Virus record (IMG/VR): IMGVR_UViG_3300027736_000024 | Span: 1-64,000 of that record | Strand: one strand, 5' to 3' | Origin: an uncultured virus (IMG/VR IMGVR_UViG_3300027736_000024) | Taxonomy: Duplodnaviria > Heunggongvirae > Uroviricota > Caudoviricetes | Length of the DNA stretch: 64,000 nt | Part shown: positions 10,174-20,086 of the stretch, one piece after another | Numbering within the stretch: the stretch's first letter is position 1 | Layout of the letters: the number at the start of each line of letters is the position of its first letter | Notes under the pieces: generated by a model | Seen by the model: the letters and a program-made list of their open reading frames with translations, nothing else | What the model was told of the DNA's origin: nothing | Databases searched by the model: none | Translations under genes and position numbers: made by a program

Positions 10174-10665
10174 ATGGCTTTATTTGGAACTATAAATGAC
10201 ATTAATACCTTTAAAATATTTTCTAGAGAATTAATAGAAGACATTATTTCCCAAGAAATAGGTTATTATAAATATAAATTAGGCGATACTCAATCCAATA
10301 TATATGGAGAGAGTATGTCTAAATATTTTATAGGTCCTGTATTAATACCGTGTTTAATAGTAAGAGGAGATTTTAATCAAGAAAGAACAGAATATGGCCC
10401 GGATACTATAAGATCTAATACCTTTAGATTTCTTACAGATCATTTAAAAGACGCTAACGTATTTCCTGAAGTTGGAGATGTTATTATGTATAATGAAGGT
10501 TACTATGAAGTAGATAATGTTAATGAGAATCAGTATATTTTAGGAAAAGACCCTCAATATTCTTATAGTCCTGATTTAGTTAATTTTGGTGACTCTTACT
10601 CTATTATATTAGAAACACATTATTCAAGTCCTGATAAACTTGGTATAGTTAAAGAAAGATTATAA
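10174..10665 (+). CDS. Neck/head-closure protein (gp14-like)
   Basis: NIYGES, PEVGDVI, YYEVDNV pattern; synteny. Confidence 0.65.
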   Translation: MALFGTINDINTFKIFSRELIEDIISQEIGYYKYKLGDTQSNIYGESMSKYFIGPVLIPCLIVRGDFNQERTEYGPDTIRSNTFRFLTDHLKDANVFPEVGDVIMYNEGYYEVDNVNENQYILGKDPQYSYSPDLVNFGDSYSIILETHYSSPDKLGIVKERL

Positions 10666-11921
10666 TGGCAATACAAATAGTTAGACCTACTAATAGGCGA
10701 GAATTCATGGATAAGTTAGTTGAGCCGTATGATCCAAAATCTGGAAATCCAAATGCGGTTTTTTCTGAGCCAACTAAATTAGGTCAGCCTGAAGAAAATA
10801 GAGCCTACGAAATAAGCAATAAATCAGAGCCTGAAAAAGAATTCAATATTGGAATAAAAGATATTGATGAAGCTGTTTATTATTATTTTAATAATATATT
10901 AAAATTAAGTGTTGTTCAAAATAATACAAAATTAACCCTCCCAGTTATTTACGGAACTCCTGAAAATTGGAAAAGTGTTCAAGAAGACGGTTATTACAGA
11001 GATCAAAATGGAAAATTAATGGCGCCTCTTTTAATGTTTAAAAGGGGTAGCGTAACACAAAATAGAGGTCTAGGTAATAAGTTAGATGGAAATATGGCGC
11101 ATAATATGCAGCTATTTAAAAAAAAGTACACAAAAAGAAATTTTTATAGTAACTTTAATATATTAAATAATAGAGCACCTGAAAGTAAGTACGTAGTATC
11201 AGCAACACCTGATTATATTACTGTTGAGTATGAGTGTATTTTATGGACACATTATGTAGAACAAATGGATAAACTTATCGAGGATGTTAATTTCGCTTCC
11301 AGATCATATTGGGGTGATCCTAACCGCTTCCAATTCTATAGTTCAATAGAATCATTTACTGATAATACAACCTATAATTTAGGTGAGAATCGAGCTTCTA
11401 GAACTAATTTTACACTTAGTTTAAATGGATACTTAATTCCAGAGTCACTAAATAAAAGTATGGCTTCCATGACAACTGCTTATGGAGCTGCGCAAATAGT
11501 TTTTGGTTTAGAGTTGGCCTCAGGAACTGAGGAATTTTCAGTTAAAACAAATAAAGGAAAATCATCTAATATTAAACCGGTGTTATTATCTGATTCTGTT
11601 AATATAGTTAACAATATTACTCAAGGTGGAGCTTCCGATGCTGTAGTTACATATCTTAATATAAATAAAACAGTTGTTGCAACATTTGTATCAGCAAATA
11701 CTGTAAGTTTTTCTTCAGGTTGGTTAACAGCACCATCACCACTTCCAGCAACTAGTTTAACTAATTTTAATTTTTTTGTAAATGGTATGTATGTTGAACC
11801 ATCAAGTATAACTAGTTTTATAAATTATGGTAGCCTTTCAATTTTAACTATTGATCCGGTATTATTACAATATAGTTTTGAATCCACAGATGTAATAATT
11901 GGTATAGGAAAATTTAATTAA
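10665..11921 (+). CDS. Tail terminator/sheath stabiliser (gp15-like) with C-terminal extension
   Basis: LPVIYGTPENW, PDYITVEY, EQMDKLIE pattern; synteny. Confidence 0.6.
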   Translation: MAIQIVRPTNRREFMDKLVEPYDPKSGNPNAVFSEPTKLGQPEENRAYEISNKSEPEKEFNIGIKDIDEAVYYYFNNILKLSVVQNNTKLTLPVIYGTPENWKSVQEDGYYRDQNGKLMAPLLMFKRGSVTQNRGLGNKLDGNMAHNMQLFKKKYTKRNFYSNFNILNNRAPESKYVVSATPDYITVEYECILWTHYVEQMDKLIEDVNFASRSYWGDPNRFQFYSSIESFTDNTTYNLGENRASRTNFTLSLNGYLIPESLNKSMASMTTAYGAAQIVFGLELASGTEEFSVKTNKGKSSNIKPVLLSDSVNIVNNITQGGASDAVVTYLNINKTVVATFVSANTVSFSSGWLTAPSPLPATSLTNFNFFVNGMYVEPSSITSFINYGSLSILTIDPVLLQYSFESTDVIIGIGKFN

Positions 11922-11924
11922 TAT

Positions 11925-12149
11925 ATGGCAAGGCTAAATCTTAAACAAGTACTTTCTAATTTACAATACAATAATACTAATTCTCAATTAGTACTAAGCG
12001 GTAGTAATGCTAATAGGCCTGACTTTGTTATATCTGGTTCTACATTTATAACATCGACTGGAAGCAAAACAGGTTCATTAACTATTCAAAATATAGATTC
12101 TTTTGGAGATTCTGGAAGCTTCTTTACTATGGATTTAGGAGACTACTAA
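11925..12149 (+). CDS. Small virion protein, hypothetical
   Basis: 74 aa with SGS/TGS motifs, ends MDLGDY. Confidence 0.5.
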   Translation: MARLNLKQVLSNLQYNNTNSQLVLSGSNANRPDFVISGSTFITSTGSKTGSLTIQNIDSFGDSGSFFTMDLGDY

Positions 12150-12207
12150 TATTTATAATCTGACTACATAGTCAAATATTAGTACATACTAAAACCAACA
12201 AAGACAT

Positions 12208-13527
12208 ATGTCTAACCAGTATCTTAAACTGCGCCGCTCATCGGTGCCAGGAAAAATTCCTGATACAGCTTCTTTAGATTTTGGAGAAATAGCTCTCAAT
12301 ACATATGATGGCTTAGCTTTCATGAAGAAGTCTGGTTCGGCTGGTACACAAATTGTCACAATTGGATCAACTTCTGGTTCATTTACAGGCTCATTACAAG
12401 GAAGTGCTTCATATGCACTTACAGCTTCCTATGCTTTAAATGCTAATTTTAATACAGGATCATTTGCAACTACAGGTTCAAATACATTTATAGGAAATCA
12501 AACAATAACAGGATCTATTATATTTAATAGTGGATCTCGAATAACATCGACTTATTACGGTAATAATTATCCTGGATATATTGATATTGTAGCAGGAGCG
12601 CCGGATGGATTTGTAGAATTACTATCATACAATCAATCATCCTCTGTTAATGTTGATGATTATAGTGTGTATATAACAACAAACTCAAGCTCACAATTTA
12701 ATTTATGGGAATTTAAAAGGGATGGTAGATTACTAGCTCCTAGAGGAATAGAAGCACTTTCATTTACTGGATCATTACTTGGAACCGCATCTTTAGCACT
12801 TCAAGTATCTACTAGTATATCTACACAAAATCAACAACACAATGTCTTGTTTATTGATACATCAGGACCAGGATACATTCAAGTAGATGGAGGTTTAAGA
12901 TATAATCCTAATCAAGATTTATTAACAACTACCGCATCATTTGCTCTAACAGCATCATCAGCAGACAACTTTACAGTAAGAGGTACATTAACAGCACAAA
13001 CGATTGTAGCTCAAACCATTACTGCATCAACTGAATTTATTACTGGTTCTAGTAGATTTGGTAGTTTACTTACTAATACGCATCAATTTACAGGATCAGT
13101 TAGTATAACATCAAGTCTATTAGTAACCGGTCAAGTTAATGCATCAGGAATTACCGGTTCGCTATTTGGAACAGCAAGTTGGGCTCAAAACGCTATAACA
13201 GCATCTTATGTTGCTGCCGCAAATGTTGCTGGTCTATCCTTATTTCAAATAACAACAGGCAGTATAACAGCTAGTGTAGGAATAGGTCCAAGTAATTTAT
13301 TTTTAATAAATTCTGCAAGTACAGAATATTTTAATATTTCTAGTAGTGGTAATACAACTATTAATAGTAATTTATTTATAATAAAAAATTTTACAACCCA
13401 AAAACCTGTATTAACAATAAGTCAAAGTATAGTACAATTCGCAACACAATCTTATGAACCAACAGGATTAATAGAAAATGGAAGTATTTGGTTTACTTCT
13501 ACAAATTTATATATAGGACTAGATTAA
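12208..13527 (+). CDS. Fibre-like virion protein
   Basis: N-terminal LKLRRSSVPGKIP..LDFGEIALNTYDG is typical of phage fibre anchor segments; S/T/G-rich repeats. Confidence 0.6.
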   Translation: MSNQYLKLRRSSVPGKIPDTASLDFGEIALNTYDGLAFMKKSGSAGTQIVTIGSTSGSFTGSLQGSASYALTASYALNANFNTGSFATTGSNTFIGNQTITGSIIFNSGSRITSTYYGNNYPGYIDIVAGAPDGFVELLSYNQSSSVNVDDYSVYITTNSSSQFNLWEFKRDGRLLAPRGIEALSFTGSLLGTASLALQVSTSISTQNQQHNVLFIDTSGPGYIQVDGGLRYNPNQDLLTTTASFALTASSADNFTVRGTLTAQTIVAQTITASTEFITGSSRFGSLLTNTHQFTGSVSITSSLLVTGQVNASGITGSLFGTASWAQNAITASYVAAANVAGLSLFQITTGSITASVGIGPSNLFLINSASTEYFNISSSGNTTINSNLFIIKNFTTQKPVLTISQSIVQFATQSYEPTGLIENGSIWFTSTNLYIGLD

Positions 13528-13582
13528 AATACTTTAAATTTACTAAAATAGTGATATTTATTAATGAATAAAATTAAATATA

Positions 13583-14908
13583 ATGGCAACTTGGAAAAAA
13601 GTCGTAGTTTCTGGCAGTAGTGCCGAACTAGCTGCTTTAAAAGTAGATAATCTAACATCAGGACAGGTAGTAATTGGTGGTGGATCCGCAGGTAACTTGT
13701 CTACAACAGCTATAAATGGTACAGGAAATATAGTAGCAACAACTGGAGCTACTAATTTAGTCCATTCTGGTTCATTTAGTGGATCTTTTAAAGGAGACGG
13801 TTCTGCATTAAGTGGAGTTGCCGCTAGTTTTCCTGTAATTGAAAAAACCAACATAGTAACTGCTGATAAATTCTTCATTCAGAATAGTGTAGGAGCTTCA
13901 AGTGAATTTATTACTTATGGTAACTTATTAACTGATTTAGCTGGTACTAATTTAGTAACTGAATCTAATGATAGTTTAACTTTAGCATCTACTATTACTG
14001 GTCTTACCTCGGTAAGTGCTACTGGCTTTACTGGTAGCTTTACTGGTTCTCTTATTGGAGCTTTAACAGGTACTGCATCTTTTGCAAATAATGCAACAAG
14101 TGCTTCGTTTGCCTCTCAAGCAGCTAATGCAACTACAGCATCATATGTTGTAACTGCTCAAACAGCTTCTTTTGTCACAACTGCCCAAACTGCTTCGTTT
14201 ATCACATCCTCTAATGTATTTGGTCCTAATGGTGCTAATACAATATTGAGTTCATCATTTGCTTTAACAGCATCATTTGCTCAAAATGGAGGCACTGTTG
14301 CTAATGCCTTAACATTTGGATCTGGTTTATCAGGTAGCTCTGCAACATTTAACGGCGGAACTGCAGTTACAGTATCTGTATCTGGAGCGGTTTCTTTAAC
14401 TACTAATAATCTCCCTAAATGGACGGGTACTGGATTTGCAAATAGTAATATCTCAGATACAGGTACCGCAATTTCTGTTAGCTCAAATATTCCTGTAACA
14501 GTCAATAGTAATTTAACAGTAACAGGTGACTTAACAGTTGCTGGTACTGCTAGCTTTCAAAATACACAAAATTTATTAATTGGCGATAGATTTGCTGCAC
14601 TTGCTTCTGGATCTACAACATTAACTGACGGCGGTATTATTGTTGTATCTTCAACTACAGCTAATGGAATGTCAGGTTCTGCATTCTTTCTAGAGTCACT
14701 TTCATCAGGATTATATGGTCGTTGGGCAGTAGCTGCTAATGTAAATGTTTCATCATCAACAGTATCAGCCGATGAATATGCAGTAACAGCAAAAATATCA
14801 CAGGCATCAAATCCAGTAGATGCAACACCTCCAACATGGGGTAGTTCAACAAATGGTATGGGTAATATGTGGATTACAAATGCTGGTGACATTTATATTT
14901 ATTCGTAA
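13583..14908 (+). CDS. Fibre-like S/T/A-rich virion protein
   Basis: 441 aa; MATWKKVVVSGS N-terminus shared with the 15473 ORF; TAS repeats. Confidence 0.55.
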   Translation: MATWKKVVVSGSSAELAALKVDNLTSGQVVIGGGSAGNLSTTAINGTGNIVATTGATNLVHSGSFSGSFKGDGSALSGVAASFPVIEKTNIVTADKFFIQNSVGASSEFITYGNLLTDLAGTNLVTESNDSLTLASTITGLTSVSATGFTGSFTGSLIGALTGTASFANNATSASFASQAANATTASYVVTAQTASFVTTAQTASFITSSNVFGPNGANTILSSSFALTASFAQNGGTVANALTFGSGLSGSSATFNGGTAVTVSVSGAVSLTTNNLPKWTGTGFANSNISDTGTAISVSSNIPVTVNSNLTVTGDLTVAGTASFQNTQNLLIGDRFAALASGSTTLTDGGIIVVSSTTANGMSGSAFFLESLSSGLYGRWAVAANVNVSSSTVSADEYAVTAKISQASNPVDATPPTWGSSTNGMGNMWITNAGDIYIYS

Positions 14909-14931
14909 TAAAATATATAAAATAAATAGTT

Positions 14932-15138
14932 GTGGCATTTTATTCTAATCAAGTTTTATCAACAGAATTGACTAATACGCCTCAAAAATTTGTTGATGAA
15001 ACAGATGAACTTAATAAGTTAGAATTAGAATATATGTTGGAGCTATTAAAAAATGCAGATTTAAAAGGATATCAAATTGAAATGTTTTATAATCTAGCAT
15101 TTAAACTGCAAAATCAATATTTAAAAAAAAATAAATAA
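14932..15138 (+). CDS. Small hypothetical protein (possible fibre chaperone)
   Basis: 68 aa helical ORF after a fibre-like gene. Confidence 0.45.
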   Translation: MAFYSNQVLSTELTNTPQKFVDETDELNKLELEYMLELLKNADLKGYQIEMFYNLAFKLQNQYLKKNK

Positions 15139-15146
15139 TAATCGTT

Positions 15147-15365
15147 ATGGACATTTTTTCAATCGACGTAACTCCTCAAGAGATTGCGTTTATTCGTCAA
15201 TCCTTAGACTTAGTACAAATTTCAGGTAAAGACGCTAAATTCTTAGCAAATCTACAAGTAAAATTAGAGAACGAGTACTCTCAGATCCAAGCAATAAAAG
15301 CAGAAGAAGAAGAAAAGAAACAAGCAGAGCTTCAAGCTATTAAGACTAAGGAAAAAAAGTCTTAA
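15147..15365 (+). CDS. Small coiled-coil hypothetical protein
   Basis: 72 aa, weakly similar to the preceding small ORF (I/LxG.D/Q..F..L..KL.N.Y). Confidence 0.45.
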   Translation: MDIFSIDVTPQEIAFIRQSLDLVQISGKDAKFLANLQVKLENEYSQIQAIKAEEEEKKQAELQAIKTKEKKS

Positions 15366-15393
15366 AAAATCGTATATTTATAGGAGAAGCAAC

Positions 15394-15455
15394 TCTGTTG
15401 GCCCTCACGGGAAGTAGGCATATACATGGCATAAATGTATGTATCTAACCACAGA
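15394..15455 (+). ncRNA. Putative structured cis-regulatory leader RNA (three-way junction)
   Basis: P1 TCTGT-TGG/CCACAGA, P2 CCC-TCAC-GGG, P3 TAGGCATATACAT/ATGTATGTATCTA; lies between ATATTTAT (15374) and ATG 15473. Confidence 0.5.
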
Positions 15456-15472
15456 ATAAATTATAAAATAAC

Positions 15473-16042
15473 ATGCCAAATTGGAGAAAAGTTGTCGTAT
15501 CTGGCTCAGATGCGAGTTTAAATTCATTATATGTACTAACTAGTGTAACTGCTAGTGTATTCTCAGGTTCACATACAGGTTCTTTATTTGGAACTGCGAG
15601 TTGGGCTCAAAATGCTGTAACAGCATCATACATTTTAAACGCGGTAAGTTCATCATTTGCAACTAGAGCTATATCTGCATCTTATGCAGATGACTTTACA
15701 GTAAGAAACTTATTAAACGTTGATTCTGCGTCATTAGATTATCAACAAAATTTAGCTGTAGCAACAGGATCATTTCAAACAATAGTTAGTGTAGCTACAG
15801 GTTCTTATAGATGTGCTTTCTTCGATTATGTAACATTTAGTAGTTCAATAGTCAGAGCAGGAACCGTCGTTTCAACTTGGAGTGGTTCAGCAACAGAATA
15901 TTATGAAAACTTTACAGCTGATTTGGGTGGTAGCACATCTATTGTTATATTACAAACAGCAATAAGTGCAAGCAATATAGTATTACAAGCAGGAATTTCA
16001 GGTTCCGCTTGGTCAGTTCGTTCATTAGTAAGATTATTATAA
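15473..16042 (+). CDS. Virion protein, paralogue of the 13583 ORF N-terminus
   Basis: MPNWRKVVVSGS; GSLFGTASWA motif. Confidence 0.55.
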   Translation: MPNWRKVVVSGSDASLNSLYVLTSVTASVFSGSHTGSLFGTASWAQNAVTASYILNAVSSSFATRAISASYADDFTVRNLLNVDSASLDYQQNLAVATGSFQTIVSVATGSYRCAFFDYVTFSSSIVRAGTVVSTWSGSATEYYENFTADLGGSTSIVILQTAISASNIVLQAGISGSAWSVRSLVRLL

Positions 16043-16043
16043 T

Positions 16044-16745
16044 ATGGCATTTTTTAGAGGCCCAAATATGGTTACAAATGGTTTAGTATTAGCACTAGAT
16101 GCTGCCAATACAAAAAGCTATCCGGGCAGTGGAACTGTATGGAGAGATTTAAGTGGAAGTAATATTAGTGGATCATTAATTAATGGACCAACATTTAGTA
16201 ATACAAATAACGGTGTTATTGTATTTGATGGAACTAATGATTATGTAGATATTAACAATACTTATACTTTTACCTCAAGTTCAAATTTTTCAGTTCAATT
16301 ATGGGTTTATTTTTTAAATCATTCTGATAGACCTACTGCTGCTGCTGATATATTTGGAAAGGGACACTTCTATGCTAATACATGGGACATATGGTTGTAT
16401 AATACACATCAGATATCTTTTGAAACAAGAGGAAATACTACAGGTATAACTGATAATTTAGATACTAGTGCATTAGCAATAAATACTTGGCATAACTTTG
16501 CTGCTACTTATAATAATACAGCTAAAAGCATTTATGTAAATGGTAATAGAGTAGGTACTTCAACTTATCCCGGTCCGGGGGACTTTACTAATGGTTTTAA
16601 TGTATATATTGGATCAAGACAAGGAGATCTTTCTAGAAGTTTAAGAGGTCGTGTTGCAATGACTTGTCTTTATAATCGATCTCTCACTGCATCAGAAGTC
16701 CTACAAAATTATAATGCAACAAAATCACGCTTCAATCTAACATAA
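16044..16745 (+). CDS. LamG/concanavalin-A-like lectin-domain protein (copy 1)
   Basis: VTNGLVLALDAA..SYPGSGT, FDGTNDYV, WHNFAATY, YNRSLTASEV. Confidence 0.8.
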   Translation: MAFFRGPNMVTNGLVLALDAANTKSYPGSGTVWRDLSGSNISGSLINGPTFSNTNNGVIVFDGTNDYVDINNTYTFTSSSNFSVQLWVYFLNHSDRPTAAADIFGKGHFYANTWDIWLYNTHQISFETRGNTTGITDNLDTSALAINTWHNFAATYNNTAKSIYVNGNRVGTSTYPGPGDFTNGFNVYIGSRQGDLSRSLRGRVAMTCLYNRSLTASEVLQNYNATKSRFNLT

Positions 16746-16746
16746 T

Positions 16747-17457
16747 ATGGCATCATTAGGTGGACCAAATATAATAACAAATGGATTAGTGTTAGCGCTA
16801 GATGCTGCTAATACTAAAAGTTATCCTGGTAGTGGAACTACTTGGGGGGATTTAAGTGGTAATAATAATAGTGGTAGTTTAATTAATGGTCCTACATTTA
16901 GTAGTTCAAATAGTGGTATTTTAACATTTAATGGAACTAATCAATACATATCAACTCCTATACAAAACTTAAGTAGACCATGTACATTTTCAACATGGGT
17001 AAATTTTAATAATCTAACCGGATATCAAACACTTGTAGGTCAGGATACTTCAACAGCAATAGCAAGAGGCCGGTTTTATTTTCAAAAAGCAGGTGGTACT
17101 ACGGAAGGGTTAATATTAAATGTAGTAAATTTTTCTATGGTTTTAAGTAATAATACAGTAGTGGTAGTAAATGCATTAAACCCAGTAGTAACTAATCAAT
17201 GGTATAACTATAGTGTAGTATTAACTACTACAAGTTTAAGTTTATATGAAAATGGAATATTACAAAATACTGTAAGTGATAGTAACACTTTTTTAACGCC
17301 AAACACAACAATTACACTAAATGCAGGATATTATGCAGATGTTATCGTAGATTTTGTAAATGGTAAATCGTCTTCATTTTTAATATATAATAGAGCGCTC
17401 TTAACAACAGAAATCTCTCAAAACTACAACGCAACAAAAGCACGTTTTGGTCTATAA
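16747..17457 (+). CDS. LamG/concanavalin-A-like protein (copy 2)
   Basis: Same terminal motifs; FNGTNQY, WYNYSVV, YNRAL. Confidence 0.8.
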   Translation: MASLGGPNIITNGLVLALDAANTKSYPGSGTTWGDLSGNNNSGSLINGPTFSSSNSGILTFNGTNQYISTPIQNLSRPCTFSTWVNFNNLTGYQTLVGQDTSTAIARGRFYFQKAGGTTEGLILNVVNFSMVLSNNTVVVVNALNPVVTNQWYNYSVVLTTTSLSLYENGILQNTVSDSNTFLTPNTTITLNAGYYADVIVDFVNGKSSSFLIYNRALLTTEISQNYNATKARFGL

Positions 17458-17519
17458 TTAAACCCTTATTTGTTATATTTATATATGTCCCTTTGGAATA
17501 TGAAAAAAGGATAAAATAA

Positions 17520-19178
17520 ATGGCAAACGAATTTAAAGTAAAAAAAGGCCTAGTCGTAAATGGATCAGGCTCAGTAATATTAGATATACAAGGATCACAA
17601 GGTCAATTATTTTCAGTAACAGACCAACTATCCGGATCCTTATTTTCAGTAAACGATATCTCAGGTATTCCTATATTAGCGGTATCATCAGATGATTCTG
17701 TTAGATTAGGTACATTTAGTAGAGAAGCCATTAAAGTATCCGGTTCTAATGCAGTTATCACAGGTTCATTTACCGGTTCATTAAGCGGTTCATTGTTTGG
17801 CACTGCATCGTGGGCTAACAATGCATTAACAGCATCTTTTTTTGGAGGAAGCGTAACTAGTGCTTCATATGCCTCTAGTTCTACAAGTGCTTCGTTTGCC
17901 TCTACAGCATCTTTAGCATTAAATTTTATTACTAGTTCTGTAACATCTGCAAGTTTTGCTACAACTGCAAGTTCAGCAGATTCATTTAATGTCAGAACAA
18001 GTTTAACTGCCTCTAATTTACTAGTAAGTGGAACAATAACTGCTCAAACACTATTAGTACAAACTATTACTTCTTCTGTTGAATTTATTACTGGGTCAAG
18101 TAAATTTGGTAGTTTATTAACAGATACACATCAATTTACAGGGTCTGTTTCTATAAGTAGTAGTTTAAATATAACCGGACAATTAACAGCAACAGGAATT
18201 ACTGGCTCTCATTTTGGAACAAGTTCTTGGGCAATTAATGCTGCCACTGCATCTTATTTTTTAACTAGTTCTGTAACTAATGCAACTAGTGCTAGTTATG
18301 CAGCTACTTCAAGTTGGGCATTAAATTTTTTAACATCTTCTGTAACTAGTGCCTCTCTAGCAGCAACAGCATCCTATTTTCTAACTAGTTCAGTAACTAA
18401 TGCAACTAGTGCCTCTCTAGCAGCAACAGCATCCTATTTTCTAACTAGTTCAGTAACTAGTGCGTCATATGCTCAAACAGCGTCTTATCATTTTACCAGT
18501 TCGGTTACTAATGCAACTAGTGCCTCTCTAGCAGCAACAGCATCATACTTTATAACTAGTTCTGTTACTAGCGCATCATTTGCATCAACTGCATCTTATT
18601 TTATAACCAGCTCAGTAACTAATGCTACTAGTGCCTCTCTAGCAGCAACAGCATCATACTTTATAACTAGTTCAGTAACTAATGCTACTAGTGCATCATT
18701 TGCAGCAACAGCATCTTACTTTATTACTAGTTCAGTAACTTCTGCAAGTTATGCTGCAACAGCTTCTTACTTTATTACTAGTTCTGTTACTAGCGCATCA
18801 TTTGCAGCAACATCATCATATGCAAATGCTACATCAACTGTAGGTTATACTATAGGTGGTTCACAAATATATTATGCGTCTGTTTTATCATCTACTAGTC
18901 CTGTAAATCAAAATATATTTACTAATAATACAGGATCATTTACTTCTGGATTTTATAACTATACTATATCTAGTGGTTCAAATGCTAGATCTGGTCAAAT
19001 ATCATCAGTATGGTCAGTAAATACTGTGTCATACAACGACTATTCAACAACTGATATTGGAGATACCTCTACAGTAACAGCATCAGTAGTAGTTGTAACA
19101 GGACAAGTACAATTTAATGTTCAAGTTCCTTCCTCAACAACAGGTTGGAGAATTAAAGCAACAGCAACTTATTTATAA
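17520..19178 (+). CDS. Fibre-like protein with internal tandem repeats
   Basis: MANEFKVKKGL start; about 10 repeats of TSSVT(NAT)SASxAxTASYF. Confidence 0.65.
   Translation: MANEFKVKKGLVVNGSGSVILDIQGSQGQLFSVTDQLSGSLFSVNDISGIPILAVSSDDSVRLGTFSREAIKVSGSNAVITGSFTGSLSGSLFGTASWANNALTASFFGGSVTSASYASSSTSASFASTASLALNFITSSVTSASFATTASSADSFNVRTSLTASNLLVSGTITAQTLLVQTITSSVEFITGSSKFGSLLTDTHQFTGSVSISSSLNITGQLTATGITGSHFGTSSWAINAATASYFLTSSVTNATSASYAATSSWALNFLTSSVTSASLAATASYFLTSSVTNATSASLAATASYFLTSSVTSASYAQTASYHFTSSVTNATSASLAATASYFITSSVTSASFASTASYFITSSVTNATSASLAATASYFITSSVTNATSASFAATASYFITSSVTSASYAATASYFITSSVTSASFAATSSYANATSTVGYTIGGSQIYYASVLSSTSPVNQNIFTNNTGSFTSGFYNYTISSGSNARSGQISSVWSVNTVSYNDYSTTDIGDTSTVTASVVVVTGQVQFNVQVPSSTTGWRIKATATYL
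18241..18830 (+). repeat. In-frame tandem repeat array (51 and 60 nt units)
   Basis: For example ACTAGTGCCTCTCTAGCAGCAACAGCATCCTATTTTCTAACTAGTTCAGTAACTA is identical at 18345 and 18405. Confidence 0.9.
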
Positions 19179-19197
19179 AAATTTAAAATAATAATTT

Positions 19198-19407
19198 ATG
19201 TATCAATATCAAGTACAGTGTCAGTTTATACCTGGCCTAGACACTATTTGGGTAGCTAGATTAACACTTGAAGATCCAATTTATGAATATGTTCATGAAG
19301 GTGAGGCAATTGCAAAAGCTGCTGAACTTCAAGCTGCTGATGAAACAGGAAGACAATATCGTGTAGTAGATATTTCTATTGTTCAAGAAGAATTACCAAC
19401 AGAATAA
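19198..19407 (+). CDS. Small hypothetical protein
   Basis: 69 aa ORF within the fibre array. Confidence 0.5.
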   Translation: MYQYQVQCQFIPGLDTIWVARLTLEDPIYEYVHEGEAIAKAAELQAADETGRQYRVVDISIVQEELPTE

Positions 19408-19408
19408 T

Positions 19409-20077
19409 ATGGGATTTTTTGATGGACCTACTATTGTTACAAATGGATTAGTATTAGCATTAGATGCTGCTGATCAAAATTCTTATGCTGGTAGTGGAAC
19501 TAACTGGTTTAGTTTAGTTAGTAATAATAGCGGGTCTTTAATAAATGGACCTACATTTAATTCTGATAATAATGGTAGTATTGTATTTGATGGTACTAAT
19601 GATTTTGTAACTGCTAGTATGAGTTGTGATAAAACTAATTATTCTGTTGATTGGTGGATACGTCCTTCTACAACAACTAACTTTAACCAATTTATAGGTT
19701 TTAATCGTTATGGATGGAATGGTTTTGTTTGTCATACAACATCAACAGGACAAATTTATGTAGGGACAACAGCAGTAGATAATACAGGTAGAATTATTCC
19801 TTGGAGAACTGGGGTTTATGTAACAAATACCTGGCAAAATATTACATGGACGTTTGCTAATGGAGCCGGGAAATTCTATAAAAATTCAGTACTAGAAGCT
19901 TCAGCCACATTATCAGTGTCAGCAGATGCTTCTTTTACATCTATTTCTATTGGAGCAAATGCAACAGACACAATAAATGGAAGAATAGCCTGTATTAAAG
20001 TTTACAGTAATAAAATACTGTCAGCAGACGAAATCGCTCAAAACTACGACGCACAAAAATCACGCTTCGGTTTATAG
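19409..20077 (+). CDS. LamG/concanavalin-A-like protein (copy 3); start reassigned to ATG 19409
   Basis: MGFFDGPTIVTNGLVLALDAA matches paralogue starts; ends QKSRFGL. Confidence 0.8.
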   Translation: MGFFDGPTIVTNGLVLALDAADQNSYAGSGTNWFSLVSNNSGSLINGPTFNSDNNGSIVFDGTNDFVTASMSCDKTNYSVDWWIRPSTTTNFNQFIGFNRYGWNGFVCHTTSTGQIYVGTTAVDNTGRIIPWRTGVYVTNTWQNITWTFANGAGKFYKNSVLEASATLSVSADASFTSISIGANATDTINGRIACIKVYSNKILSADEIAQNYDAQKSRFGL

Positions 20078-20086
20078 TTATAATAT

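Noticed and set aside
18241..18830. Repeat array as a CRISPR array
   Set aside because: Units are in-frame coding repeats with no unique spacers, and there are no cas genes
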